Counted from the first letter of the stretch, positions 39,032 through 48,461 are shown. The stretch is 64,000 bases of DNA from Eubacteriales bacterium (GCA_051868045.1 JBJDZN010000076.1:1935-65934), one strand, 5' to 3'. The notes: generated by a model from the letters alone, not told the origin. Made by a program: numbers and translations.

Positions 39032-40360
39032 TTATTCCTGTTCGGGGGCGTATTTCTTCAGATAATTGCTGACGGTGGTGTTTTCCGTAAAACGAACGGT
39101 GCGAAGGGAGGTACTCCAGTACTTGAGGATGTTTTCATAGGAGTCGTTTGCAAGATCGGGAGCCTTGGCATTTGCACTGTAAAGTCCCCAGTTTCCGAGA
39201 TTTCCACGTCCGACCTTATAGGTCCACATGGTCCGTGAGATGCCTGCCTCGCAGTATGCCTCGTAGGCGTATTTCTGATTCTCGTCCCCGTTGTTGAACT
39301 CACCCACATAGATTGCAACGCCGTACTTTTCTTGTACGGCTTTCAGCTCTGCAACCCGGTAATCAATCATATCTTTGGAGGTATCGTACAGATGGAGCTG
39401 ATAAAGCATATTCTCCCAGCCGTAGTCGGCGGGATTTGGCAGACAGGCGGTGGACCAGATTCCCTCCACTGAGATGACGTGGACGGGATCCACCTGTCGG
39501 ATCGCCTTGTAAAGCAGGTCGTAGATTTCATTCGTCAGTCGGATTGCCTCGGCGGAGCCGGCGGAGGGTGCCTCATTTCCGTCGTTGTTCATGGGTTCGT
39601 TGAGCAGATCGTATGCGGCGACCGCACTGCTGTCCTTGTATCGCTCGGCGATGGCGGTCCAGAGCCTGACTGTGGCAGCTTTGGCATCCTCATCGGTGTA
39701 AAGCCCGCATCTGCCGATGGAGCCGCAGCAGTGATTGGTGGACTGACCGCCGGGCGCACCGTGAAGATCAAGAATGACGTAGATGCCGTACGTCTCGCAC
39801 CATGAAAGCAGTCGGTCAATGACCTGAAATCCCAATATTTCATCGGGATTTTCCGATAAAAAGCTGCCGTCCTCGTTCATGAAATTGCGGTACCAGAAGG
39901 GAAGGCGGACACAGTTGCAGCCCAGAGCGGCGATTTTTTTAATGTCATCCTCGCAGATGTAATTTTCGGCGTAGCTTTCAAAGAGTGCCGCCGCCTTTTC
40001 CGCCCCGAATCGGGATTCCAGAAGGGTCCATGAGTCCAGATTGCACTCCGAACCGTCCACCGGACACATCCAGCTTTCCTGAATCAGCCAGCCGCCCAGA
40101 TTGACCCCGTGGAGAACAACGGTTTTGCCGTTGGCATCGGTCAACTGACCGTTTTCAACCCGCAGCAGAGAAAGGGAACCCTCTCCGGACTTTGTCGGAA
40201 GGGGATTTTCTGCTGCACTGCTGCTGATACTGCTGCCGGTATCTGACGTTTCCTGCCGATTCTCGGTTTGATTTGCACCTGTGCCGCCCGAACAGCCTGC
40301 CAGGAGCAGGGGAAAAGTCAGAAGAAGGGATAAAATTTTGCCTGTTTTTTGGCGTTTCAT
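39032..40360 (-). CDS. GH5 glycoside hydrolase lipoprotein
   Basis: Lipobox LLLAGCSG, VVLHGVNLGGWLIQESW, catalytic acid/base region LLNEPMN, and nucleophile region YVGEFNN. Confidence 0.85.
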   Translation of the reverse strand: MKRQKTGKILSLLLTFPLLLAGCSGGTGANQTENRQETSDTGSSISSSAAENPLPTKSGEGSLSLLRVENGQLTDANGKTVVLHGVNLGGWLIQESWMCPVDGSECNLDSWTLLESRFGAEKAAALFESYAENYICEDDIKKIAALGCNCVRLPFWYRNFMNEDGSFLSENPDEILGFQVIDRLLSWCETYGIYVILDLHGAPGGQSTNHCCGSIGRCGLYTDEDAKAATVRLWTAIAERYKDSSAVAAYDLLNEPMNNDGNEAPSAGSAEAIRLTNEIYDLLYKAIRQVDPVHVISVEGIWSTACLPNPADYGWENMLYQLHLYDTSKDMIDYRVAELKAVQEKYGVAIYVGEFNNGDENQKYAYEAYCEAGISRTMWTYKVGRGNLGNWGLYSANAKAPDLANDSYENILKYWSTSLRTVRFTENTTVSNYLKKYAPEQE

Positions 40361-40565
40361 GATAAATCCTCCCGTTACGGTAAAATGGTAATTTTATATC
40401 TGTATTTTACCATGGATTCCGTTTTCTGTCAAGACCTGACTCTGCTTTTGGTCTAAGTTTACAAATTTCATGTTAAAATATTGTTAAATCTGACCAGCCC
40501 GAATGCTGGAAAAATTCATAAATTTATGGTAAAATATCCTTATCCTATCTATTGGAGATTGAGCC

Positions 40566-43046
40566 ATGCGAACGATTGAAAAAAATGTTTTGATTCTCAT
40601 GTTGGCGATCTGTCTGATTTTGCCGATCCTGTCCTCCTGCCGGACGGGGGAAAGTGCTTCTTCCGACGGTACCGGGCAAACGGATACCGATGTGTCCTTT
40701 ACCCGGGATCCGGACAATGTGACCCCTGAGGTGACGGTACCTCCCGTGTCGGAGCAGACCTCTCCCGACGGCAAGGCGAAGGTGATTTATGCGGTCAGCG
40801 GTCCCGGCGGATCACTGGACGGCAAGACCGAGCAGACCCCCGGCTCTTCCGGAACCACGGAGGTTAAGGCGGTTGCCGATGTGGGCTACTGCTTCAAAAG
40901 CTGGTCGGACGGTCTGACCGAAACCACCCGTAAGGGAGATACATCTTCGGACGGAGTGATGACGACCATCTATGCCGTCTTTGAACCCGAATATCTGGAG
41001 ATGCCCGTAATCAACATCACCACCGAAACCGGTGAGGACGTGGACCCCAGAATAGGCAATCAGGTTTACATCGGTGCCACCCTGTCTTTGACCAACTGTC
41101 CGGCGGATTATGCCCTGACCGACGTGACCATGCAGATGAGAGGACGAGGCAACTTCTCCTGGTATGACGTGCCCAAAAAGTCCTATAAACTCAAGCTCAC
41201 CGAGTCTCAGAATCTGCTGGGACTGGGCGAGGGCAAATCCAAAAGCTGGTGCCTGATTGCCAATCACTGCGATCAGTCCCTGCTGCGAAACTATCTGACC
41301 TATCAGCTTTGCAGAGGGCTGTCGGGACTGGACTGGGCACCCGACTGCACCAATGTGGAGGTCTATCTCAACGGCGAGTATCGGGGCGTCTATCTGCTGG
41401 TGGAGTCCATTAAGGTGGATGAACATCGTGTCGCCATCAGCGAGGATGTGGAGGCGGGAACCGACATCGGCTACCTGCTCCAGATGACCAATAACAGCGA
41501 TGAGACCTACCATTTCAATTCAAACGGCTTCAATTTTGACGTCAAGAGCGATCTGTCTGCCAGCTCCTCACTGGCTGATCAACAGTTGAGTTATATCCGT
41601 TCCTATGTGAATAACTGCTGGACGGCAGTCATGGGCGGTGATCAGGAGGAAATCGAAGCACTGATGGATCTTGATTCGGTAATCGACAGCTATCTGGTAG
41701 AGGAATTCAACAAGAATCTGGATGTCGGCTATGACAGCTTCTATCTGTATAAAGACAGCGGCGGAAAGCTGACCTTCGGTCCTGTCTGGGACTTCGATCT
41801 TGCCTTCGGAAACTCCAATGAACATGGCTGTGAGCTTGCCGAAGGGCTGTATACCGGTATCGACTACTGCAATCATTACCATTCCAATGAATGGTATACC
41901 TACCTCATGAGCTATGACTGGTTCCGTGAAAGGGTGGCAGAGCGTTGGAACAGCCAAGAGGTTCAGACGGTGTTCGGCGGAATTTCCGCACTTGCCACCG
42001 AAACGGCGCAGAAATACTACAACTCCTTCTGCCGCAATTTCAAGCAGTGGGAAATCTTTGGTCAGCAGATCAACCGTGAGACCTGGCGGATCACTTCGTT
42101 GATGAGCTATACCGAGCATTATCAGTATCTGGCACAATGGATTTCCGATCGCTTCGACTGGTTGAACGGATTTATCGGTTCCAATGACTACAATAAAGGC
42201 AATCTGTACGGCAGTGGCGAATTGCAACTCCCGGATCCCCCAAAAAATCCCGTGATCTCCATACCGGCGTTTTCGGGAGGCAGCGGAACGGTTGACAGCC
42301 CCTATCTGATCGCAAATGCGCAGGATTTCGTATCCTTTACGCAAATGCTGTATGCGACCGACTTTGACGGAACCTATTTCCTCCAGACTGCCGATTTGGA
42401 CCTTTCCTCCGTCAACGGCTACAAGGGCATCGGCTCCTCTGCCACGTTTGCAGGGGTTTATGACGGTGGCGGATACGCCATTACCGCACACATAGACTCA
42501 TCCGATGGCTGCATCTTTCCCTATGTCAGCGGACTTTTGATAAATGTCATTACCAAGGGTTCGGTGAAAAATACCAATCAGGCGGCAGGAATCTGCCGCT
42601 CTGTCCGTCAGGGAGGCGCACTGATCAACTGTGCTTCCTTTATGGATGTTACCTCCACGGGCGGTAACGCCGGCGGTCTGTCGCCCTCCACCCAGGGAGG
42701 AGACAGCAGTCCTGCCATCCTGAACTGCTTCTTTTTCGGAACGGTCAACGGCTTTGAGCAGTCCAGCCCCATCAACTGTTGGCTTGCGGGACGGTTCGGT
42801 CATTTTGCCTACATCTATTATAGTGAAACCCTCGATAACGGGTTTCTGACGGTCAGTGAGGATGACATCTGTCTGACGGCGGATCAGATGAAGAATGAGC
42901 TTGCCGACCTGCTCAACGGGAATATCGCCTCCCTGTCCGATGCACTGACACCCTACGGTCTGGGAACCGATGCTCTCTGTCGCTGGCAGAAGAACGGCGA
43001 CTGCCCCGTCATGCAGACCAAGGGAAATGTTGTCTTTGCCCGGTGA
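40566..43046 (+). CDS. CotH kinase family lipoprotein with InlB-B-type repeat and C-terminal Gly-rich adhesin-like module
   Basis: Lipobox PILSSC and a B-repeat (VGYCFKSWSDGL). The CotH core has YKLKL, KSWCLIANHCDQSLLRN, YLNGEYRGVYLL and GPVWDFDLAFGN. The C-terminus has TFAGVYDGGGYAITA...STGGNAGGLSPSTQ. Confidence 0.85.
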   Translation: MRTIEKNVLILMLAICLILPILSSCRTGESASSDGTGQTDTDVSFTRDPDNVTPEVTVPPVSEQTSPDGKAKVIYAVSGPGGSLDGKTEQTPGSSGTTEVKAVADVGYCFKSWSDGLTETTRKGDTSSDGVMTTIYAVFEPEYLEMPVINITTETGEDVDPRIGNQVYIGATLSLTNCPADYALTDVTMQMRGRGNFSWYDVPKKSYKLKLTESQNLLGLGEGKSKSWCLIANHCDQSLLRNYLTYQLCRGLSGLDWAPDCTNVEVYLNGEYRGVYLLVESIKVDEHRVAISEDVEAGTDIGYLLQMTNNSDETYHFNSNGFNFDVKSDLSASSSLADQQLSYIRSYVNNCWTAVMGGDQEEIEALMDLDSVIDSYLVEEFNKNLDVGYDSFYLYKDSGGKLTFGPVWDFDLAFGNSNEHGCELAEGLYTGIDYCNHYHSNEWYTYLMSYDWFRERVAERWNSQEVQTVFGGISALATETAQKYYNSFCRNFKQWEIFGQQINRETWRITSLMSYTEHYQYLAQWISDRFDWLNGFIGSNDYNKGNLYGSGELQLPDPPKNPVISIPAFSGGSGTVDSPYLIANAQDFVSFTQMLYATDFDGTYFLQTADLDLSSVNGYKGIGSSATFAGVYDGGGYAITAHIDSSDGCIFPYVSGLLINVITKGSVKNTNQAAGICRSVRQGGALINCASFMDVTSTGGNAGGLSPSTQGGDSSPAILNCFFFGTVNGFEQSSPINCWLAGRFGHFAYIYYSETLDNGFLTVSEDDICLTADQMKNELADLLNGNIASLSDALTPYGLGTDALCRWQKNGDCPVMQTKGNVVFAR

Positions 43047-43214
43047 GACCGCCAAAAGCGGAAACAGCAGGATGATCGGGTAATCTTTGATCGGACAGGA
43101 TAATCGGAACGAAAAAAACAATGCCCACGGCAGAAAGCTTGCCGTGGGCATTTGAGATTTTATCGGGAAGGGGCTTTTACGGAACCGGAATTTTTTTCAA
43201 AAGCCCGCCGTGCC

Positions 43215-43757
43215 TCAGATCTTGATTTCAAAGAGATTGCCGCATTTGGGGCATCGAACCTGATGCTCTCCCTTCTTTTTGGGAAGGCGTATGTTGGCAA
43301 GGCACATGGGACAGGTGCGGTAGACGTGATCCTTGTCGCGGGGTAGCTTGACCTTCTTCTTTTTCGGGGGATTTTTGGGAGTGTTGGTGTAGTCCTGATA
43401 GTCGTCCGGACGGTAGCTCTGACCGTATCCCTGATTGTATCCCTGATTGTAGCTGCCGTAGGAGCCGAAGCGGGAAGCTTTCTTCTTTCCGAAGGGCGTC
43501 TTGCTCATGACTTTGCCCCACCAGAGATTTTCTCTTGCTCTTGCGGGAATGTTTCGGGAAAACATCCGGAAGATCATATAGAAGAAGAGAACCCAGAGAA
43601 GAACCGACAGAATCATTCCCGCAGTATAGGAGAAGAAACCGACGATGATCTCAGCCAGAAACAGGATCAAATAGATCCACCACAGGCAGTAGCCGAAATA
43701 ATCCATCCCGTTTCTGCCTGCCATAAAGCGGGAAATTGCCATCATAATACGTCTCAT
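43215..43757 (-). CDS. membrane protein with C-terminal zinc ribbon
   Basis: Two TM helices, a Gly/Tyr/Gln-rich spacer, and a terminal CPMC...CPKC ribbon. The start is uncertain; the track ORF begins at 43793. Confidence 0.55.
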   Translation of the reverse strand: MRRIMMAISRFMAGRNGMDYFGYCLWWIYLILFLAEIIVGFFSYTAGMILSVLLWVLFFYMIFRMFSRNIPARARENLWWGKVMSKTPFGKKKASRFGSYGSYNQGYNQGYGQSYRPDDYQDYTNTPKNPPKKKKVKLPRDKDHVYRTCPMCLANIRLPKKKGEHQVRCPKCGNLFEIKI

Positions 43758-43814
43758 TGTCAAAACCTTGCCTTTATTGAAATATCTATCCAACGAATAC
43801 TGTCTTTGCTGACG

Positions 43815-44504
43815 TTACGGGTGGGGAAGTCCTGCCCGATACCTTGCCATGATGTCCTTGAAGATTTCGCCGTTTGTCGGGGGAGTCCAGGTGATGGCGT
43901 TTGCACCCGCTTCAATGGTGCGGCGGATGGAATCGTCGTCGGGTCCGCCGGTGGCGATGATGGACATGTCGGGATAGCGATCCCGGATCATTTTAACCAC
44001 CTCCGGGGTTTTGGTTGCGGCGGAAACGTTGAAAATAGAGGTTCCTGCCGCCACTCTTCCCTCAAAGTCGGTCTGCTCACTGACAACGGTGACAATCACC
44101 GGAATGTCGATCACCGAGACCGTCTCTGCGATGGTCGCATTGTCCACCGGCGCATTGAGAACCACGCCCAATGCTCCGCTTGCCTCGGCGGAAATCGCCA
44201 GATGCACCGATCTCTTGCCGCTGGTCAGTCCGCCGCCCACGCCTGCGAAAACGGGAATGTCGGATGCGGCGATCAACGACTGTGCGATGACCGGCTGCGG
44301 GGTAAAGGGATAGACCGCAATGACGGCGTCGGCATTGACATTCTTGATGATTGCCAGATCGGTGGAGAAAACCAGTGATTTGATCCGCTTTCCGAAGATT
44401 CGGATGCCGGTACAGGCTCGGATCGCATCGGGAACACGGAGGGAAAACTTCCGTAGGGTTCCGTCTATGGGCTCGGGATATTTTTTCGATGTTTCGTTTG
44501 CCAT
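43815..44504 (-). CDS. conserved hypothetical protein, predicted phosphate-binding (beta/alpha)8-barrel-like fold
   Basis: 229-aa ORF with alternating beta/alpha-like hydrophobic pattern and Gly-rich loops (FAGVGGGLTSG, IIATGGPDD). The function call is weak. Confidence 0.5.
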   Translation of the reverse strand: MANETSKKYPEPIDGTLRKFSLRVPDAIRACTGIRIFGKRIKSLVFSTDLAIIKNVNADAVIAVYPFTPQPVIAQSLIAASDIPVFAGVGGGLTSGKRSVHLAISAEASGALGVVLNAPVDNATIAETVSVIDIPVIVTVVSEQTDFEGRVAAGTSIFNVSAATKTPEVVKMIRDRYPDMSIIATGGPDDDSIRRTIEAGANAITWTPPTNGEIFKDIMARYRAGLPHP

Positions 44505-44625
44505 TGCAATCCGCTCCTTTGAACTTTATTTTCGAAAATAGACAGTTGTGGAAATTTGGTGCTTTGATTCTATCAGGAAATTATAGCCAATCTGTTTCGA
44601 AACCAAATCCGAATTGAAAATTCTT

Positions 44626-44666
44626 TCGCCTTTGTCGGAAACTTTGCGACAAAGGCGACCTTTTTT
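44626..44666 (+). terminator. orphan terminator-like hairpin in a 440-bp intergenic region
   Basis: Perfect 12-bp stem TCGCCTTTGTCG/CGACAAAGGCGA followed by CCTTTTTT. There is no annotated plus-strand gene upstream. Confidence 0.45.
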
Positions 44667-44947
44667 AGTCGTTCTCTCCCGAACGCCCTCCCATTGATCC
44701 GATCGTCAATGAAAATCCGAGGTTGCCTTTTGTCAAAATCCGTTTTTGTCAGATCCCTTGATTTTACGGTAATATTATGTTGCAGCATCCATAAAACAGT
44801 CGGAATGAATTCCGGAAGTTTTCGGATAAAGACAGGTTTACAAGAAAAAATTTCGATTGAAGCCCATCTATTTTTGAAAAAACCTTGCTTTTTTCGCAGT
44901 TGTGTGCTATACTTATCTTTGATATGAAGATTCAAAGGAGATTGTTT

Positions 44948-46627
44948 ATGTGCAGAACCTTTACTAATCCGGTAAATCCCGGAGGGGACGATCCCTTCGT
45001 CACCAAATATAACGGAATTTATTACTATTGCTATGCCGTTCCCGGAGGAGTCAACGTGACTTCTGCGACCTCGCCTCACCTGATTCACAAAAATCATGGA
45101 GAAGCCGTCTACCGTGCCCCGGAGGGAACGGAATGGTCTCACGAATACTGGGCACCCGAACTGCATCGGGTGGACGGTCGGTGGATCATCTATGTCGCCG
45201 CCGATAACGGGGACAATTTCCACCATCGGATGTATGCCTTGGGTGCCGTCACCGATGATCCCTGCGGTCCTTATGAGATGCTGGGAAAGGTCGCCGTGGC
45301 AGAGCCTTACGATAAATGGGCGATTGATGCCACCGTGCTGAATGTCGGCGGCAGACATTACTTCATCTGGTCGGGATGGGCAGGGGATGTGAATGTCCAG
45401 CAGAACCTCTACATTGCCCGCATGAAGGATGCCGTAACGCTGGACAGTCCCCGTTCCCTGATCTCCTGCCCCGAATTTGCCTGGGAAACCGGCTCCTGCG
45501 GAGTGGATGGTCTGCCTGCCATCAATGAGGGTCCCGCCGTTCTGCAAAGAGGCGGACGGACCTTCGTGATTTACAGTGCATCGGGCAGCTGGTCGGACGA
45601 CTACTGTCTGGGACTCCTGGAGCTTGTGGGCGACGATCCGCTGGATCCCAGAGCCTGGGTAAAATATCCCGAGCCGGTCTTCAAGGCGGCGGAAGGCTCC
45701 TACGGTCCCGGTCACTGCTCCTTTACCACCTCTCCCGATGGGGAAGAGGATTATATCGTCTATCATGCCAATGCAGAGCCCAACAAATCCTGGGGCGGCA
45801 GATCGCTGAGAATGCAGAAATTCACCTGGAAGGACGGTTTTCCGGTCTTCGGGGAACCCGCAGCACCCGGCGTGGAGCTGCCGGTACCTTCCGATGGGAA
45901 AAAGCGGATTGACACGGTTCTGTTTGATCTGGACGGAACCCTTCTGCCCATGGATCAGAACCTTTTCGTCAAGACGTATATGAAGGCGATCTGCAAGAAG
46001 ATGGCGGAGTACGGCAAGAAGCCCGAAGACGTGGTAAATGCCCTGTGGAAGGGAACCTACGCCATGGTGGGCAACGACGGCAGACAGTCCAATCACGATG
46101 TGTTCTGGAAGGTCTTCGCCGATCTTCTGGGGCAGGATGTGATGGATGCCTACGATCCCCTGCTGAAGTTTTACGAAAACGAGTTCGATGGGGTAAAATC
46201 GGTGGTGGACCCCTGTTTTGCCCGTGGGGAATACCCTGCAAGGGAACTGATCGACTGGCTGAAAGGAAAGGGCTACCGTCTGATTCTTGCCACCAATCCT
46301 GTCTTCCCTGAGACGGCTGTCCGGACACGGCTCGGCTGGATCGGGCTGACCCCGGAGGATTTTGCGCTGGTCACTACCTACGAGAACAGCCGATTCTGCA
46401 AGCCCAACGTCCGCTATTTTGAGGACATCCTCTTCAAAGCAGGCGGGGATCCCGATCACTGTCTGATGGTGGGCAACAGCGTCAATGAAGACCTGGCTGC
46501 CGAAAAATACGGTATGGACAGCTACCTGATCACCGATTTCATTGAAAATCCGGAGAATCTGGACTATTCTGCCTATAAAAAAGGCTCCTTTGCCGATTTT
46601 ATCCGTTATGCAAAGGAAAATCTGTAA
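44948..46627 (+). CDS. cytoplasmic GH43 glycoside hydrolase fused to a C-terminal HAD-superfamily hydrolase
   Basis: GH43 motifs: GGDDPFVTKYNGIYYYCY, YWAPELHRVDGRWIIYVA, INEGPAVLQRGGRTFVIYSAS. The HAD part follows with motif I DTVLFDLDGTLL, LATNP, and GNSVNEDL. AAGGAG RBS 7 nt before the ATG, and no signal peptide. Confidence 0.8.
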   Translation: MCRTFTNPVNPGGDDPFVTKYNGIYYYCYAVPGGVNVTSATSPHLIHKNHGEAVYRAPEGTEWSHEYWAPELHRVDGRWIIYVAADNGDNFHHRMYALGAVTDDPCGPYEMLGKVAVAEPYDKWAIDATVLNVGGRHYFIWSGWAGDVNVQQNLYIARMKDAVTLDSPRSLISCPEFAWETGSCGVDGLPAINEGPAVLQRGGRTFVIYSASGSWSDDYCLGLLELVGDDPLDPRAWVKYPEPVFKAAEGSYGPGHCSFTTSPDGEEDYIVYHANAEPNKSWGGRSLRMQKFTWKDGFPVFGEPAAPGVELPVPSDGKKRIDTVLFDLDGTLLPMDQNLFVKTYMKAICKKMAEYGKKPEDVVNALWKGTYAMVGNDGRQSNHDVFWKVFADLLGQDVMDAYDPLLKFYENEFDGVKSVVDPCFARGEYPARELIDWLKGKGYRLILATNPVFPETAVRTRLGWIGLTPEDFALVTTYENSRFCKPNVRYFEDILFKAGGDPDHCLMVGNSVNEDLAAEKYGMDSYLITDFIENPENLDYSAYKKGSFADFIRYAKENL

Positions 46628-46660
46628 TCTCTTCCTGATGAAGAAAGGAATTTCAATATT

Positions 46661-47866
46661 ATGGTAACCATTGATAAAGTCTATCATGCGTCAAATGTTT
46701 TAAAACAGGTGGTTCGTCACACCGAACTGGTTCCTTCGCCGGGACTTCGTCCCGATTGCGAGGTCTATCTGAAGCCCGAAAATCTCCAGCTGACCGGCTC
46801 CTTCAAGGTCAGAGGTGCGGCATACAAGATTTCCCAGCTGACCGATGAGGAAAAATCCCACGGCGTGATTGCCTGCAGTGCAGGCAATCACGCTCAGGGT
46901 GTCGCCCTGTCGGCAACCCGATTCGGCATCAAATCGCTGATCTGCCTGCCCGAAGGTGCGCCTATTCTGAAGGTTGAAGCGACCAAGGGCTACGGAGCCG
47001 ACATCTGCATGGTTCCCGGCGTTTACGACGATGCCTACAAAAAGGCACTGGAACTGCGGGATCAGTACGGCTACACTTTTGTTCATCCCTTTGATGATGA
47101 GAATGTCATTGCCGGACAGGGAACCATCGGTCTGGAGATTCTGACCGAGCTGTCGGATGCCGACGTTATCGTTGCTGCGATCGGCGGAGGCGGACTGTGT
47201 TCGGGTATTGCCGTTGCCGCAAAATCCCTGAACCCTAAGGTTCAGGTATGGGGGGTTCAGGCAGAGGGCGCACCCTCCATGGTGGAATCTATAAAGGCAG
47301 GTAAAATTCTCCGTCTGGACAGCGTCAAGACCATCGCCGACGGCATTGCCGTCAAGGAGCCGGGTGTCAACACCTTTGAATATTGCTCCAAATATCTGGA
47401 TGGCATTGTGACCGTGTCCGAAGACGAGATCTCGTCTGCCATCCTTGCGCTGATCGAGAAGCACAAGATGATCGCCGAAGGTGCCGGTGCCGCTCCCGTC
47501 GCTGCTGTCATGTTCGGTAAAATTCCCGTGGCGGGCAAGAAGGTCGTCTGCGTCATTTCCGGCGGCAACATTGACGTAACCATTCTGTCCCGTGTGATCA
47601 AGAGAGGTCTGCTCAAGTCGGGACGCTCCTATTCGCTGGCAATCGAGCTGATGGATAAGCCCGGTCAGCTGGTTGCGGTTTCCAAGATCATTGCCGATAA
47701 CGGCGGAAATGTGATCTCGGTTCACCACGAGAGAGCAGGCGAGGCAATGGACATCAACGGCTGTGTTCTGCGTCTGGTGCTGGAAACCAAGAATTTTGAG
47801 CATATCGCCACCATCCAAAGTGCCCTTCGCTCTGCCGGCTACCACATTTGGGACGGTACATATTAA
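46661..47866 (+). CDS. ilvA: threonine ammonia-lyase (PLP-dependent, with C-terminal ACT-like regulatory domain)
   Basis: PLP lysine motif LQLTGSFKVRGA and a Gly loop GGGGL. 401 aa. Confidence 0.88.
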   Translation: MVTIDKVYHASNVLKQVVRHTELVPSPGLRPDCEVYLKPENLQLTGSFKVRGAAYKISQLTDEEKSHGVIACSAGNHAQGVALSATRFGIKSLICLPEGAPILKVEATKGYGADICMVPGVYDDAYKKALELRDQYGYTFVHPFDDENVIAGQGTIGLEILTELSDADVIVAAIGGGGLCSGIAVAAKSLNPKVQVWGVQAEGAPSMVESIKAGKILRLDSVKTIADGIAVKEPGVNTFEYCSKYLDGIVTVSEDEISSAILALIEKHKMIAEGAGAAPVAAVMFGKIPVAGKKVVCVISGGNIDVTILSRVIKRGLLKSGRSYSLAIELMDKPGQLVAVSKIIADNGGNVISVHHERAGEAMDINGCVLRLVLETKNFEHIATIQSALRSAGYHIWDGTY

Positions 47867-47937
47867 GGAATGACCCCAACGAAACCCTCATATCAATAAA
47901 AACGGAACTTACTTATTTGAAAGGTTGGTATATTAAA

Positions 47938-48309
47938 ATGGAAAAAATCTACACGCCCGACGCTCCTGCGGCGATCGGACCCTACTCACAGGCAATTAAA
48001 GTCGGCTCTCTCGTGTTCACTTCGGGGCAGATTGCCATCAATCCCGCTACCGGAAACGTTGAGGCAACGACCATCGAGGGACAGACCGAGCAGATCTGCA
48101 AGAATCTTGCCGCCGTTCTCAAAGAGGCGGGAAGCTCCCTTGAGAAGGTTGTCAAGACCACCTGCTTCCTTGCCGATATGGGCGATTTTGCCGCATTCAA
48201 TGCGGTTTACGGCAGCTATTTCACCGAAAAGCCTGCCCGTTCCTGCGTAGCCGTCAAGACTCTGCCCAAGAACGTTCTGGCTGAGGTCGAGGTTATCGCT
48301 GAACTGTGA
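47938..48309 (+). CDS. ridA: RidA family reactive enamine/imine deaminase
   Basis: APAAIGPYSQAIKVGSLVFTSGQI...PARSCVAVKTLPKNVLAEVEVIA, the canonical YjgF/RidA pattern. It lies immediately downstream of ilvA. Confidence 0.9.
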   Translation: MEKIYTPDAPAAIGPYSQAIKVGSLVFTSGQIAINPATGNVEATTIEGQTEQICKNLAAVLKEAGSSLEKVVKTTCFLADMGDFAAFNAVYGSYFTEKPARSCVAVKTLPKNVLAEVEVIAEL

Positions 48310-48360
48310 TTTTGCCCCGCTCTTCGGCAATTTTGACAAATCGAAGGCTTTTCAGACGAA

Positions 48361-48402
48361 AACAATTGTCAACCTATTTTCGAAAATAGGTTGACAATTG
48401 TT
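48361..48402. promoter_or_regulatory. BirA operator-type palindrome overlapping the bioY -35 box; also the ridA terminator hairpin
   Basis: Perfect 42-nt palindrome AACAATTGTCAACCTATTTTC|GAAAATAGGTTGACAATTGTT with TTGTCAACC half-sites 14 nt apart. The right arm contains TTGACA (48391..48396), then 17 nt, then TATAAT (48414..48419). A T-run follows. Confidence 0.75.
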
Positions 48403-48461
48403 TTTTTCTGTGCTATAATAGGGACCGTAAAAATCCTGTCAAGGAAAGAAGAGGAAAAAAT

